This document shows, piece after piece, positions 7,930 to 16,807 of a stretch of 64,000 nt of DNA. The notes beneath the pieces were generated by a model. That model saw only the letters and a program-made list of their open reading frames with translations. It was not told the DNA's origin and searched no databases. A program made the translations under genes and the position numbers. The first letter of the stretch is position 1, and every line of letters begins with the position of its first letter. The DNA is taken from positions 1,865 through 65,864 of IMG/VR virus record IMGVR_UViG_3300025671_000004, one strand, 5' to 3'. The DNA comes from a virus (lineage: Duplodnaviria; Caudoviricetes).

Positions 7930-8163
7930 ATGATAAAGATTGAAAACCAAGCATCGCTGAGTTGGTACACTAGCGATGTACGAGCAGCAGTAGACTTCCT
8001 GCCGAAAGAAAAGCAGAAGAAGTTTTACCAAATTGTAGGTGAGTCTGACAGGGACTTGCGTACCTATTTTGAATGCCTACTTGAAGACAGGCAGGACATT
8101 ATCATTCAGTTTATTAACGATCAGATTGCAGACGCAGTCAACCAAACAATAGAATCAATATGA
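7930..8163 (+). CDS. Hypothetical protein
   Basis: Operon-packed ORF. Confidence 0.65.
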   Translation: MIKIENQASLSWYTSDVRAAVDFLPKEKQKKFYQIVGESDRDLRTYFECLLEDRQDIIIQFINDQIADAVNQTIESI

Positions 8164-8345
8164 CAACTTGTTATCCAATCTACGAAGTGGTAAACATCCA
8201 CACCGGTGAAACAGAAAGGGAATTCGAATACGAGATAGATGCCATTGACTGCATAAACTTCGAATTCTCATGGGAGACCCATCATGTTTCATACTATATC
8301 CCATATGATATACTCATGTCGGGTAATTTGAACACCGCTAATTAA
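8160..8345 (+). CDS. Hypothetical protein
   Basis: ATGA overlap. Confidence 0.6.
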   Translation: MTTCYPIYEVVNIHTGETEREFEYEIDAIDCINFEFSWETHHVSYYIPYDILMSGNLNTAN

Positions 8346-8351
8346 AACAAT

Positions 8352-8630
8352 ATGAAAAAGCTATACATTACATTAATCGAGAGGGACAACGGTGAATGTC
8401 CTAACATTGGAACCATAACAGGTTGCGACAACGCAACCATAACCCGCAATGCCTTCAAGGCTTTAGAGTCCCACTTTGATGCAGAGGTGACCGGAATACG
8501 CATACAGGACGGAATGAAGTTTAAGGATGCGGAGAATAGCCCTCCATTAGATGCGACAGTTTCGCTGAATATCGATGGGGATGTGAGTCTTCATGAAATT
8601 GAAATACATCAAACATGGCTTTATGAGTAA
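8352..8630 (+). CDS. Hypothetical protein
   Basis: 92-aa ORF containing the last hairpin copy. Confidence 0.65.
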   Translation: MKKLYITLIERDNGECPNIGTITGCDNATITRNAFKALESHFDAEVTGIRIQDGMKFKDAENSPPLDATVSLNIDGDVSLHEIEIHQTWLYE

Positions 8631-8868
8631 GAAAAAACAATTCACACCTCTAGAATATGAGGTAATCAAGATCATTGGATATGGTGACGAGTTTGCCGCG
8701 TCATTTAACGACATCATGGCTGAGTTCACAGGGTCACCAACCCAACTAAAGGGTGTGTTGTCATCCCTATTCCAAAAGGATGCAATAACACAAGGCGAGT
8801 ATCCGGGTGGAATCACATCATACCACCTAACAGAAACGATCACATCATACCTTGTTAGCAAAACTTAA
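8623..8868 (+). CDS. Small winged-helix-like protein; C-terminus apparently altered by an insertion
   Basis: TPLEYEVIKII...QLKGVLSSLFQK helix pattern. Confidence 0.6.
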   Translation: MSKKKQFTPLEYEVIKIIGYGDEFAASFNDIMAEFTGSPTQLKGVLSSLFQKDAITQGEYPGGITSYHLTETITSYLVSKT

Positions 8869-9093
8869 TTATTATGAACGAAAAGATATATTTCCAACCT
8901 GACTTCAGAAACGATGACACTTTAATTACCCCTGACGGAGTTGAATTATGGAGTTACTATGTGTATGCTAATTTTGATAATGCACGAAAGGATTTCCCTG
9001 ACAGGCAAATAATTGCATATAAAGGTGATGATATAGAAAACCCATACTTTATTGATGGTGATGGTAACTACTAATTGTTGCTAACAGAAACGA
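8827..9093 (+). mobile_element. Inserted single-gene cassette
   Basis: 13-bp direct repeat CTAACAGAAACGA (8827-8839, 9081-9093) and inverted GTTAGCAA/TTGCTAAC around an AT-rich ORF. Confidence 0.65.
8874..9074 (+). CDS. Cassette-borne hypothetical protein
   Basis: 66 aa, visibly more AT-rich than its neighbours. Confidence 0.7.
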   Translation: MNEKIYFQPDFRNDDTLITPDGVELWSYYVYANFDNARKDFPDRQIIAYKGDDIENPYFIDGDGNY

Positions 9094-9112
9094 CTATTAA
9101 AATACAAGCAAT

Positions 9113-9457
9113 ATGAAAATCGAAATTGAATTAACAGAAGAAAGATTAGAGGACATAGTGTATGGCCTCTTCATCACCGCTTGGGAGGGAGGCTCCTCCT
9201 ATTGGGCGGAAGTAAGCGAACCAAATGGGGCAGAGAAAACTCTACTCAAAATGAAGAACGATGGCTATGTGCTGAAGGTGACCCCAATTGATGATGATCC
9301 GGTAGAGGTGACGTATGACGACCTAGTGCATGGCATTGTCCTGTTGGCTAGGGATTTTACTGACTCATACCATGATGTCATCAACGAGTATGACGATGCA
9401 GAGACTGCAGACATTTGGTTTCAGTTGGCAGTATTAGGCGATCTAGTGTATGGATGA
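9113..9457 (+). CDS. Acidic hypothetical protein
   Basis: EGGSSYWA...DAETAD..FQLAVLGDLVYG, a recurring phage family pattern. Confidence 0.8.
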   Translation: MKIEIELTEERLEDIVYGLFITAWEGGSSYWAEVSEPNGAEKTLLKMKNDGYVLKVTPIDDDPVEVTYDDLVHGIVLLARDFTDSYHDVINEYDDAETADIWFQLAVLGDLVYG

Positions 9458-9935
9458 GATAACCACATATCGATGCGATACGATCGCAGTAGTCAAACCT
9501 GTTGGATACGAAGAGGCGGCTATTTGGATCATGCAAAACATCAAGCCAATCTACACAGGCGATGGTCCGAACCTGTACAAGCCGGAATGGATTCCTAACG
9601 CCCCCAACTATGTGAACAAGTTCACGGAGTGGGTTTGGAATAAATACGGAGGCCCCGACCTTATGATGTTCACAAAGCATAGCGAGCTTGAATACGTTGA
9701 AAGGATCTATGCGGGCAACTACCACATTGAATGGAATCCCTTAACCGGGGAGGCAAGTATCATATCACGGCAGACTACCGAGACGGTTCAGTTGATACCG
9801 AAGTACACCAACAAGAGTAAGAAACTCAAGATGGTGATCAAGCATTTTGGTGACAAGCTAATGAACGATACCGAGTTAAAGTTTATGAACCTAAACAAAA
9901 CAGACATAATAAGTATCAAACAAATTTTATCGTAA
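9450..9935 (+). CDS. Hypothetical protein
   Basis: 161-aa coupled ORF. Confidence 0.65.
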   Translation: MDEITTYRCDTIAVVKPVGYEEAAIWIMQNIKPIYTGDGPNLYKPEWIPNAPNYVNKFTEWVWNKYGGPDLMMFTKHSELEYVERIYAGNYHIEWNPLTGEASIISRQTTETVQLIPKYTNKSKKLKMVIKHFGDKLMNDTELKFMNLNKTDIISIKQILS

Positions 9936-10639
9936 TGTACACACGACCAAAACATCTACTAAGCAAGGGCACGACCAATGCCAAGACAGCTAAGAATTCA
10001 TTGGAGTCATATATTTTGTATATGGCTCCTCACGCAACCAACGACAGCGGTGTCAACCTATGTCCATCATCGTCCGCAGGGTGCAGGGCTGCATGCCTAT
10101 ACTCATCCGGCCGGGGTAGGTTCACCAATGTTCAGCAATCTAGGATCAACAAGTCCAACTACTATGTCGAGGATCGATTCCTATTCCTAGAACAACTACA
10201 TGGTGAGCTACAAAAGCTACAAGAGCGAGCCGCAAAATTGGGCACCAAGATTGCCATCAGACTAAATGGCACGACAGATCTCCCGCTATACAAGATGCTC
10301 AAAGCAGACAAGAGGGGTTGGGACAACTTAGTGTTCTATGACTACACCAAGATAGCTGCCAAAGCTGTGAAGTATGCAAGAAGCGAACACTATATTGTCA
10401 CATTCTCTAGGAGCGAGGATCCTAGGAATCAGCATGACTGCATCAACGTATTGGAGGCCGGTGGCAATGTAGCCATGGTGTTTTCAACAGACAAGTTCCC
10501 CGATAAATATATGGAATATCCTGTTGTTGATGGGGATCAGTCAGACATTATGATGTTGTACAACAGAGGTGTTATCTTGGGCCTCAAAGCCAAGGGTGAT
10601 GCCAAGAAAGATAAGTCGGGATTTGTAATTCAACTGTAA
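9935..10639 (+). CDS. Phage Gp88-family protein (radical-SAM-like Cys motif)
   Basis: CPxxSxGCxxxC, RLNGTTD, FYDYTK, DGD.SD and GLKAKG motifs. Confidence 0.8.
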   Translation: MYTRPKHLLSKGTTNAKTAKNSLESYILYMAPHATNDSGVNLCPSSSAGCRAACLYSSGRGRFTNVQQSRINKSNYYVEDRFLFLEQLHGELQKLQERAAKLGTKIAIRLNGTTDLPLYKMLKADKRGWDNLVFYDYTKIAAKAVKYARSEHYIVTFSRSEDPRNQHDCINVLEAGGNVAMVFSTDKFPDKYMEYPVVDGDQSDIMMLYNRGVILGLKAKGDAKKDKSGFVIQL

Positions 10640-11136
10640 TGAAAGAAGTAGAAGTAGAACAACTCACAGAGAGTTTAATCAGCAAGCACGATCTAGATGA
10701 TTGGAGCTTTCGCCTAGGCAATACAAGAAGAGCTATTGGGCGATGTATTCATCGCAAGAAGCTCATTGAGATAAGCCGGCATTACATACCACTCTTGTCA
10801 GATGACGAAGTCAAGGATATTATCTTGCATGAGATTGCGCATGCTATTGCAGGGTACAATGCGGGGCACGGACCAAAATGGAAGAAGGTCGCCAAGATGA
10901 TTGGGGCAGACCCAACAAGGTGCGCGGACATTCCGCCGGAACGAACTCCACATGGCAGATACATGTTGGAGTGCGCGAACCATGGCTTGCTTGGTTATAA
11001 TCACAGACTAAGCCAAAAGGCAAAGGATGCGTATAATAGAGGATCATGTCACTATCTTTGTAAGAAGTGCAAGACACCGGTCATTATCACAGACCTAGTC
11101 ACAGGAAGGAAATATGAATCAAAAAGATCATTATAG
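10639..11136 (+). CDS. SprT-like zinc metalloprotease
   Basis: GRC, HEIAH, GHGPKWK and C-terminal Zn-ribbon CKKC. Confidence 0.88.
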   Translation: MKEVEVEQLTESLISKHDLDDWSFRLGNTRRAIGRCIHRKKLIEISRHYIPLLSDDEVKDIILHEIAHAIAGYNAGHGPKWKKVAKMIGADPTRCADIPPERTPHGRYMLECANHGLLGYNHRLSQKAKDAYNRGSCHYLCKKCKTPVIITDLVTGRKYESKRSL

Positions 11137-11407
11137 GATATCAATAGACAGCGTACAGCATTGGCGAGTCATGCTCTCTGACGAATACAGAACAGGTAAG
11201 GTTTTCGCATTATTCACTTCACTAAAGAAGGAAGATGTTCGAATACCAAGGTATGTGATGGAGCATTACAACTACGCGTTCTATGGTGTTGATGACGAAA
11301 AGCTTTGGAACCTAATAAGAACAGGCAAGACTGTCAACACAGACGATGGAGATATGATAGTAGTGGCCATAGAAAAGATACCCGGAGATCCTATGATTCT
11401 CAATTAA
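11114..11407 (+). CDS. Hypothetical protein
   Basis: Last ORF before the terminator. Confidence 0.6.
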   Translation: MNQKDHYRISIDSVQHWRVMLSDEYRTGKVFALFTSLKKEDVRIPRYVMEHYNYAFYGVDDEKLWNLIRTGKTVNTDDGDMIVVAIEKIPGDPMILN

Positions 11408-11468
11408 GATATACCCTGCGGATGCATGCAGGGAAGTTTGGTTTGTCATTATTGTTTTGTTACTGTTG

Positions 11469-11500
11469 ACCCGGTGGTGCATCACGCCGGGTTTTCTTTT
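11469..11500 (+). terminator. Intrinsic terminator ending the early operon
   Basis: ACCCGG...CCGGGT followed by TTTCTTTT. Confidence 0.75.
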
Positions 11501-11577
11501 AGAAAAAATGTAACGATTTGATTTTCAATAAGTTAAACAATATTTAGGACAACGTTCTCATTTTCAGTAGTTTTTTA

Positions 11578-11585
11578 TATATTTG
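11578..11585 (+). promoter_or_regulatory. Bacteroidetes -7 promoter element for the replication block
   Basis: TATATTTG 9 nt upstream of ATG 11595; an IHF-type palindrome lies at 11511-11535. Confidence 0.65.
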
Positions 11586-11594
11586 CAAACGGTT

Positions 11595-11909
11595 ATGATA
11601 GTGTTAAACGATTTAGTAGACACCATATGTGATGAGCTATTCATCACGCGTGAAGAATTCTTCTCAGCCTCAAAAAAGAAGGAGTGTCACACAGCGAGGC
11701 AATTTTTATTTTACATACTCTACGATGAGATCGGCTTATCCTCAAGTTTCATTCAGAAGTACATGGTGATGAATTCGAGGGATATAGCAAGATCTACAAT
11801 CATCGATGGAGTTAAATCAATGAGTCAGAAGATTGACTCGAACCCTTTATACGCATCTAAATTAAATCAAATAAAATCTAGTTATGAACAAAGAAAAATC
11901 AATTTATGA
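11595..11909 (+). CDS. DnaA C-terminal-like HTH protein
   Basis: SKKKE..TARQFLFY...RSTIIDG resembles Bac_DnaA_C. Confidence 0.7.
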   Translation: MIVLNDLVDTICDELFITREEFFSASKKKECHTARQFLFYILYDEIGLSSSFIQKYMVMNSRDIARSTIIDGVKSMSQKIDSNPLYASKLNQIKSSYEQRKINL

Positions 11910-12498
11910 GGTTCTGTCTAGCGTAGACGTATCCTCGAAGATCGAAAAGAAAGGCGATGGTCGCTACTCTTCCAACTACATGTCTTGGGGTCATGCTTGG
12001 AATGAGCTTAAGAAGTTATTCCCGGAGGCCAAGCGAAACGTGTACGAGGATCCCAACACCGGTCTCATTTACTTCTCTGATGGGCGCTATGGCTATGTCA
12101 AAGTTGGTATTGAGATTAATGGTATCGAGATGATTGACTACCTGCCTATCATGGACAATCGGAACAACTCAATACCTGTTGAGAAGATTACATCCTTTGA
12201 TGTCAACAAGACAATTCAGAGATCTACCACCAAGGCGATAGCCATGCATGGGTTGGGCATTAGCTTGTGGTTAAAGGAGGAAGAGCCTTCAGACGAGGAC
12301 TCTAAATCAGCAAAGCCCGCAGGTAAAAAGCTTATCACACTCAACGTAGGGGATGAGAATTGGTCAAGAGTACTCAAATATGTTGAGGCCAACAACCACC
12401 TTTCTCTTGAAGAGATCATCTCCAACCTCAAGAGCAAGTACACGGTTTCCGCAGGCGTCAAGAAGGAGATCAAGTCAAACTTAGAATCTAACGGTTAA
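11884..12498 (+). CDS. sak: Sak (Rad52-like, DUF1071) single-strand annealing protein
   Basis: YMSWGHAW, LPIMD.RN and VNKTIQR...KAIAMHGLG motifs. Confidence 0.88.
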   Translation: MNKEKSIYEVLSSVDVSSKIEKKGDGRYSSNYMSWGHAWNELKKLFPEAKRNVYEDPNTGLIYFSDGRYGYVKVGIEINGIEMIDYLPIMDNRNNSIPVEKITSFDVNKTIQRSTTKAIAMHGLGISLWLKEEEPSDEDSKSAKPAGKKLITLNVGDENWSRVLKYVEANNHLSLEEIISNLKSKYTVSAGVKKEIKSNLESNG

Positions 12499-12503
12499 TT
12501 CAT

Positions 12504-13244
12504 ATGGGGAGTGTCAGTAAAGACTTAGATTTATTGCGCAACGACCTTGAGTACTATCATGGTATTGGTAGGAAATACCTAAGCAACTCAGACATTAACG
12601 TGTTGCTAAAGGATCCACGTCAGTACGGTGTACCTAGGCCGGATGATTTAAACTTGGCCATGGGGAGGTATATTCACACCTCCCTATTAGAGCCACACAA
12701 GGTTCAAGACATACTTACGATTGATGTTTCAAGTAGAAACACCAAAATCTACAAGGACTTCTTGAAGGCTGAGAACTTAGACTTTGTCATGCTTAAGAGC
12801 GAGCGTGATAAGTGCGATAGCATTATCAAGGCTGTGACATCAAACGTTCGATTCTTCGACATCATATACGAGGATGGCAACATGTATGAGGAGCCGGGCA
12901 TAAAGGAGATCCATGGATACAAATTCAAGGGTAAGGCAGATATCATTACGAGCTCACACATCTTGGATGTTAAGACCACGTCAGATATCAATAAGTTTAG
13001 GTCATCAGCCTACGCTTATGGCTACAACAGCCAATGCTTTCTGTACCAAGAAATATTTGGTAAGCCAATGAAGTTCTTGGTCGTTGACAAGTTTACGTTG
13101 CAGTTGGGTATATTTACACCCACATCTGCATTCGTTTCTAGCGGCGAAGAAAGAGTCAAGAGGGGCGTTGAGCTATATGAGAAGTATTTCGGACTTAATC
13201 CAATAAGCGATGTCAAGGATCACTACATTGAGGAATATCTTTAA
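12504..13244 (+). CDS. PD-(D/E)XK exonuclease (DUF3799/RecE-like)
   Basis: YLSNS, G..IH..LLEP, KGKADI, DVKTT and Y..Q..LY motifs. Confidence 0.85.
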   Translation: MGSVSKDLDLLRNDLEYYHGIGRKYLSNSDINVLLKDPRQYGVPRPDDLNLAMGRYIHTSLLEPHKVQDILTIDVSSRNTKIYKDFLKAENLDFVMLKSERDKCDSIIKAVTSNVRFFDIIYEDGNMYEEPGIKEIHGYKFKGKADIITSSHILDVKTTSDINKFRSSAYAYGYNSQCFLYQEIFGKPMKFLVVDKFTLQLGIFTPTSAFVSSGEERVKRGVELYEKYFGLNPISDVKDHYIEEYL

Positions 13245-13362
13245 GAGAAACAGATACCTCACGATTAAAGTACCAATGATTGTCAACTCTCCAATAACGA
13301 AGTCTGAGATCATTGAGCAAACAAGCAATTATTTACAACAAAAAATAACCATCAAATTATGA
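13228..13362 (+). CDS. Possible small ORF (44 aa, TTG start)
   Basis: An open frame fills the gap and ends in an ATGA overlap with the next gene. Confidence 0.35.
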   Translation: MRNIFKRNRYLTIKVPMIVNSPITKSEIIEQTSNYLQQKITIKL

Positions 13363-13634
13363 GCAAAGAAAAAGTATTTGCAAACGGAATGATAGTTAAG
13401 GTGCGCGAGGATGCGCCCGAGTGGGCTATCTGTAAACTGTCAATCAAAGTTGAAGACTTCGTTGAGTTCTTAAAAGAGAACGAAGACAAGGGTTGGGTAA
13501 ACTTGGATGTGAATGTCGGAAGAACAGGCAATGCGTATGCCTCTCTTGACGATTGGAAACCATCGAATGATGGAGGAAAGAAGACTTCACAGAAAAAGGT
13601 TGAAGATGACTCAGAGGACGATGTTCCATTCTGA
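13359..13634 (+). CDS. Putative single-stranded DNA-binding protein
   Basis: Acidic tail ending DDVPF; follows Sak and the exonuclease. Confidence 0.7.
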   Translation: MSKEKVFANGMIVKVREDAPEWAICKLSIKVEDFVEFLKENEDKGWVNLDVNVGRTGNAYASLDDWKPSNDGGKKTSQKKVEDDSEDDVPF

Positions 13635-13652
13635 CGATTCACAATGAATCAT

Positions 13653-13677
13653 AAAAGGGCCGTTCTGCGGCCCTTTT
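13653..13677. terminator. Bidirectional intrinsic terminator
   Basis: AAAAGGGCCG-TTCTG-CGGCCCTTTT. Confidence 0.75.
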
Positions 13678-13702
13678 GTATCTTAAATGAAACATACCTA
13701 CG

Positions 13703-13918
13703 ATGACACAGAGAAAGTTAAACACAGAGCCTCTGAGTGGGCAAAAAACAAATCCTGACAATCATCTCACTATAGCCAATAAAGAATATGAAATTGATTT
13801 GTATAAAAAAGCCATCAAAGATATCGATGAAAAGATATCTAGATTGGAGGACGACAAAACGTTTTTGAATCGGGTTATCGGCAGGTTAGAAAATGAAATC
13901 AAAAGTTTAAAATCATGA
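13703..13918 (+). CDS. Small coiled-coil protein
   Basis: Heptad pattern. Confidence 0.6.
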   Translation: MTQRKLNTEPLSGQKTNPDNHLTIANKEYEIDLYKKAIKDIDEKISRLEDDKTFLNRVIGRLENEIKSLKS

Positions 13919-14232
13919 AAGAAGAAAACATTATCAAATCGACTACAGAGAAGAAAGTTCTAAGAGAGTCAAAGAAATTCCTTAGGTGTACAATCGGCAG
14001 CATGACCGACCTAAGAAGAAAGCTTCAAGGCATATTGGTTGGTGTCTATACCAACAACAATGTCGAGTTCTATGTCATATTTGTGCCGAAAGGTATGATG
14101 ATTAATGGCAGAAATTTGAAGTACTTCAGAAGGTACCCAAATGACGTTCAATCCACCGGAGAGATTAGTGATAGCAGGGCTTACATCGAAGGATACAAGT
14201 TCGAAGATATGGTTGAAGAAGTATGGGAATGA
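13915..14232 (+). CDS. Hypothetical protein
   Basis: ATGA overlap. Confidence 0.6.
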   Translation: MKEENIIKSTTEKKVLRESKKFLRCTIGSMTDLRRKLQGILVGVYTNNNVEFYVIFVPKGMMINGRNLKYFRRYPNDVQSTGEISDSRAYIEGYKFEDMVEEVWE

Positions 14233-14400
14233 CGAAAATGTCGGAAATAACAGTCCTACTTCTCTCTGTATACACTATCTCTTTTCTTTATTATTTATTT
14301 TTTTTATATACATGTAATAAAAATAAACATAAAAAGAATAGTCCTTATGAATGAGCAACTTAGTTAAAACAAAGCGACATTAAATCGACATGAGCATGAC
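14233..14400. other. Putative replication origin
   Basis: TGTCG...AT-rich tract...CGACA repeats directly upstream of the primase-helicase. Confidence 0.5.
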
Positions 14401-16807
14401 ATACAATGTGACGATATTCAAGGATATCAAGGATACTAGCACTCCATTCTACCGATCGGTAGGCGTTGTGTTGGGTAGGATAAGGGATGGCGCATCAAAA
14501 GACCTTGTCAAAAAAATTCGCGCTGAAAAGAGGAAGGCTGAGAGGCAAGAGTTGAAGAAGAGCCTTCCATCCATTTGCTTCAGCGGCAAGTTCTCTCGAA
14601 GAGAAGACTCTGCGCTTGTTGAGCACAGCGGGTTGATTTGCCTAGACTTTGATGGGTATCACAAGTCTAAGGACTTGCTTCAAGACAAGGAGCGCATGTG
14701 TAACAGCCCATACGTTTACTCGGTTTTCATTAGTCCATCGGGTTCGGGACTTAAGGTCTTGGTTAAAATTCCAAGAGATCCCGAGAACCACAAGAACTAC
14801 TTCAATAGTTTGCGTGATCACTTTGACTCACCTTACTTCGATAGCACATCTAAGAATGTGAGTAGGGTGTGTTACGAGAGCTACGATCCGTTGATTTATG
14901 TCAATGAGAACTCATCTGTTTGGTCAGAGATATCTGAGCCCGAATACACCGAGGTCGACAAGAGTATAGATCAACCAACCATCCCAATCACGGATGAAAA
15001 TAAGATTGTCGAGATTTTGGTCAAGTGGTGGTCAAAGAAGTACCCAATGGAGGTTGGTGTCAGGAATAATAACGCGTTCGTATTGGCCATGGCCATGAAT
15101 GAATTTGGTATCAACAGATCTCTCGCTGAGTATGTTCTGAATCAGTACGCTACGCAAGATTTTTCCCTTGAGGAGATAAAGAGGACCATTGATTCCGCCT
15201 ACTCCAAGACCGACAAATGGGCCACCAAGTATTACGAAGACCAAGATACTATCAACAATGTTAAGGCTCAGCTAAAGCGAGGGACTAGCAGGAAGGACGT
15301 TAAAGCAAACTTGGTGACATCGGGGATCCGTACTGATATAGCAGAGGCTGTTGTTTCTAGGGTTGAGGAGGATAGTGAGAATGGTGTGTTTTGGACCAAG
15401 AACGATAAGGGTAAAGTTCAGATAGACCACATCATGTTCAAGTCTTTCTTGGAGGATAATGGCTTTTACAAGTACTGCCCGGAGGGAGGAAAGAACTACG
15501 TCTTCGTTAAGGTCACCAACAACTTGGTTGACCATACCTCAGAGAAGGAGATCAAGGACTTCGTGCTAAACCATTTACTTGAGTTGGATGATGTTACGGT
15601 GTACAACTACTTCGCTGATCAGACGCGATTCTTTAGGGAGGAGTTCTTGTCATTGCTATCCACGATTGACATCTACTTCATTGGTGATACCAAGTATGCA
15701 TCATACTTGTACTACCGCAACTGCGCTGTGCAGGTGACTAAGGATGACATCAAGATTATGGATTACATGGATTTGGGTGGATATGTTTGGAAGGATCATG
15801 TGATCAATAGGAGCTTTTCTGTTACACTATCCATTGATTGCGACTACTCTCGATTCATTGAGAATGTTTGTAATCATGAGTTGGAGAGGATAAAATCCAT
15901 GCGTAGCACTATTGGGTTCCTGTTACATGGGTATAAAAACCTATCGTACTGCCCGGCCGTAATATTGAATGATGAGGTTATTTCCGACAACCCCGAAGGT
16001 GGTACAGGTAAGGGAATCTTCATCAACGCCATATCACAGATGAAGAAGTTGGTTGTGATTGATGGTAAGTCTTTCACGTTCGAGCGATCGTTCGCATATC
16101 AATTGGTTTCTGCCGATACGCAGGTGTTATGCTTTGATGACGTCAAAAAGCACTTCGACTTTGAGCGTTTGTTTAGCGTAGTGACCGAGGGCTTGACGCT
16201 AGAGAAGAAGAATAAGGATGCCATCAAGATACCATTTGAGAAATCCCCGAAGGTGGCCATAACAACCAACTACGCTATACGAGGCGCCGGTAATTCATTC
16301 GCTAGAAGGAAGTGGGAGCTAGAGTTTCATCAACACTACCGTAAGCACTTCACTCCGTTGGATGAATTTGGGCGACTGATGTTTGGAGATTGGGATGATG
16401 AAGAGTGGGCGATGTTCGACAACTACATGATCTCGTGCCTTCAGATGTACATGTCAAAAGGATTGGTTGAGAGCAAGTTTGTTAACCTCAAGATACGTCA
16501 GCTTAGTGCTGAGACTACGCACGACTTTATTGAGTGGTGTGGGTTGATAGATTCAAACGAGGAGAACTCTATGCTTGCACCCGATAGGAAGGTCTACAAG
16601 CAGGACTTGTATGATTCGTTCATATCGGAGTATCCCGATTATGGGCCTAAGTCTAAGATGACAATCAGTCGTACGAAGTTCTATCGGTGGCTCCACAGCT
16701 ACTCAGTTTATCGATATGGTATTCAACCCGATGAAGGTAGAGATGTGCGCGGTAGATGGATAATTTTCCTATCTGAGAGACCAAATGAAGAAGTGATTGA
16801 TATATGA
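14390..16807 (+). CDS. Primase-helicase (BT4734/VirE-N-like primase, PriCT, D5-like SF3 helicase)
   Basis: HSGLICLDFD, FISPSG.GLK, R.CYESYDP, G.RNN, Walker A GGTGKG and ITTN motifs. Confidence 0.9.
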   Translation: MSMTYNVTIFKDIKDTSTPFYRSVGVVLGRIRDGASKDLVKKIRAEKRKAERQELKKSLPSICFSGKFSRREDSALVEHSGLICLDFDGYHKSKDLLQDKERMCNSPYVYSVFISPSGSGLKVLVKIPRDPENHKNYFNSLRDHFDSPYFDSTSKNVSRVCYESYDPLIYVNENSSVWSEISEPEYTEVDKSIDQPTIPITDENKIVEILVKWWSKKYPMEVGVRNNNAFVLAMAMNEFGINRSLAEYVLNQYATQDFSLEEIKRTIDSAYSKTDKWATKYYEDQDTINNVKAQLKRGTSRKDVKANLVTSGIRTDIAEAVVSRVEEDSENGVFWTKNDKGKVQIDHIMFKSFLEDNGFYKYCPEGGKNYVFVKVTNNLVDHTSEKEIKDFVLNHLLELDDVTVYNYFADQTRFFREEFLSLLSTIDIYFIGDTKYASYLYYRNCAVQVTKDDIKIMDYMDLGGYVWKDHVINRSFSVTLSIDCDYSRFIENVCNHELERIKSMRSTIGFLLHGYKNLSYCPAVILNDEVISDNPEGGTGKGIFINAISQMKKLVVIDGKSFTFERSFAYQLVSADTQVLCFDDVKKHFDFERLFSVVTEGLTLEKKNKDAIKIPFEKSPKVAITTNYAIRGAGNSFARRKWELEFHQHYRKHFTPLDEFGRLMFGDWDDEEWAMFDNYMISCLQMYMSKGLVESKFVNLKIRQLSAETTHDFIEWCGLIDSNEENSMLAPDRKVYKQDLYDSFISEYPDYGPKSKMTISRTKFYRWLHSYSVYRYGIQPDEGRDVRGRWIIFLSERPNEEVIDI

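Larger units (their letters stand above)
2023..8438 (+). repeat. Dispersed hairpin repeat A-GGTTGCS-N4-6-SGCAACC-A(TAA), 10 copies
   Basis: Copies at 2023-2041, 2093-2111, 2748-2765, 3019-3036, 3411-3428, 3851-3870, 4678-4695, 5449-5467, 6047-6064 and 8421-8438. Confidence 0.95.

Noticed and set aside
2023-8438. Hairpin repeats as a CRISPR array
   Set aside because: Spacing is irregular (70 to about 2400 bp), the intervals are genes, and no cas genes are present.
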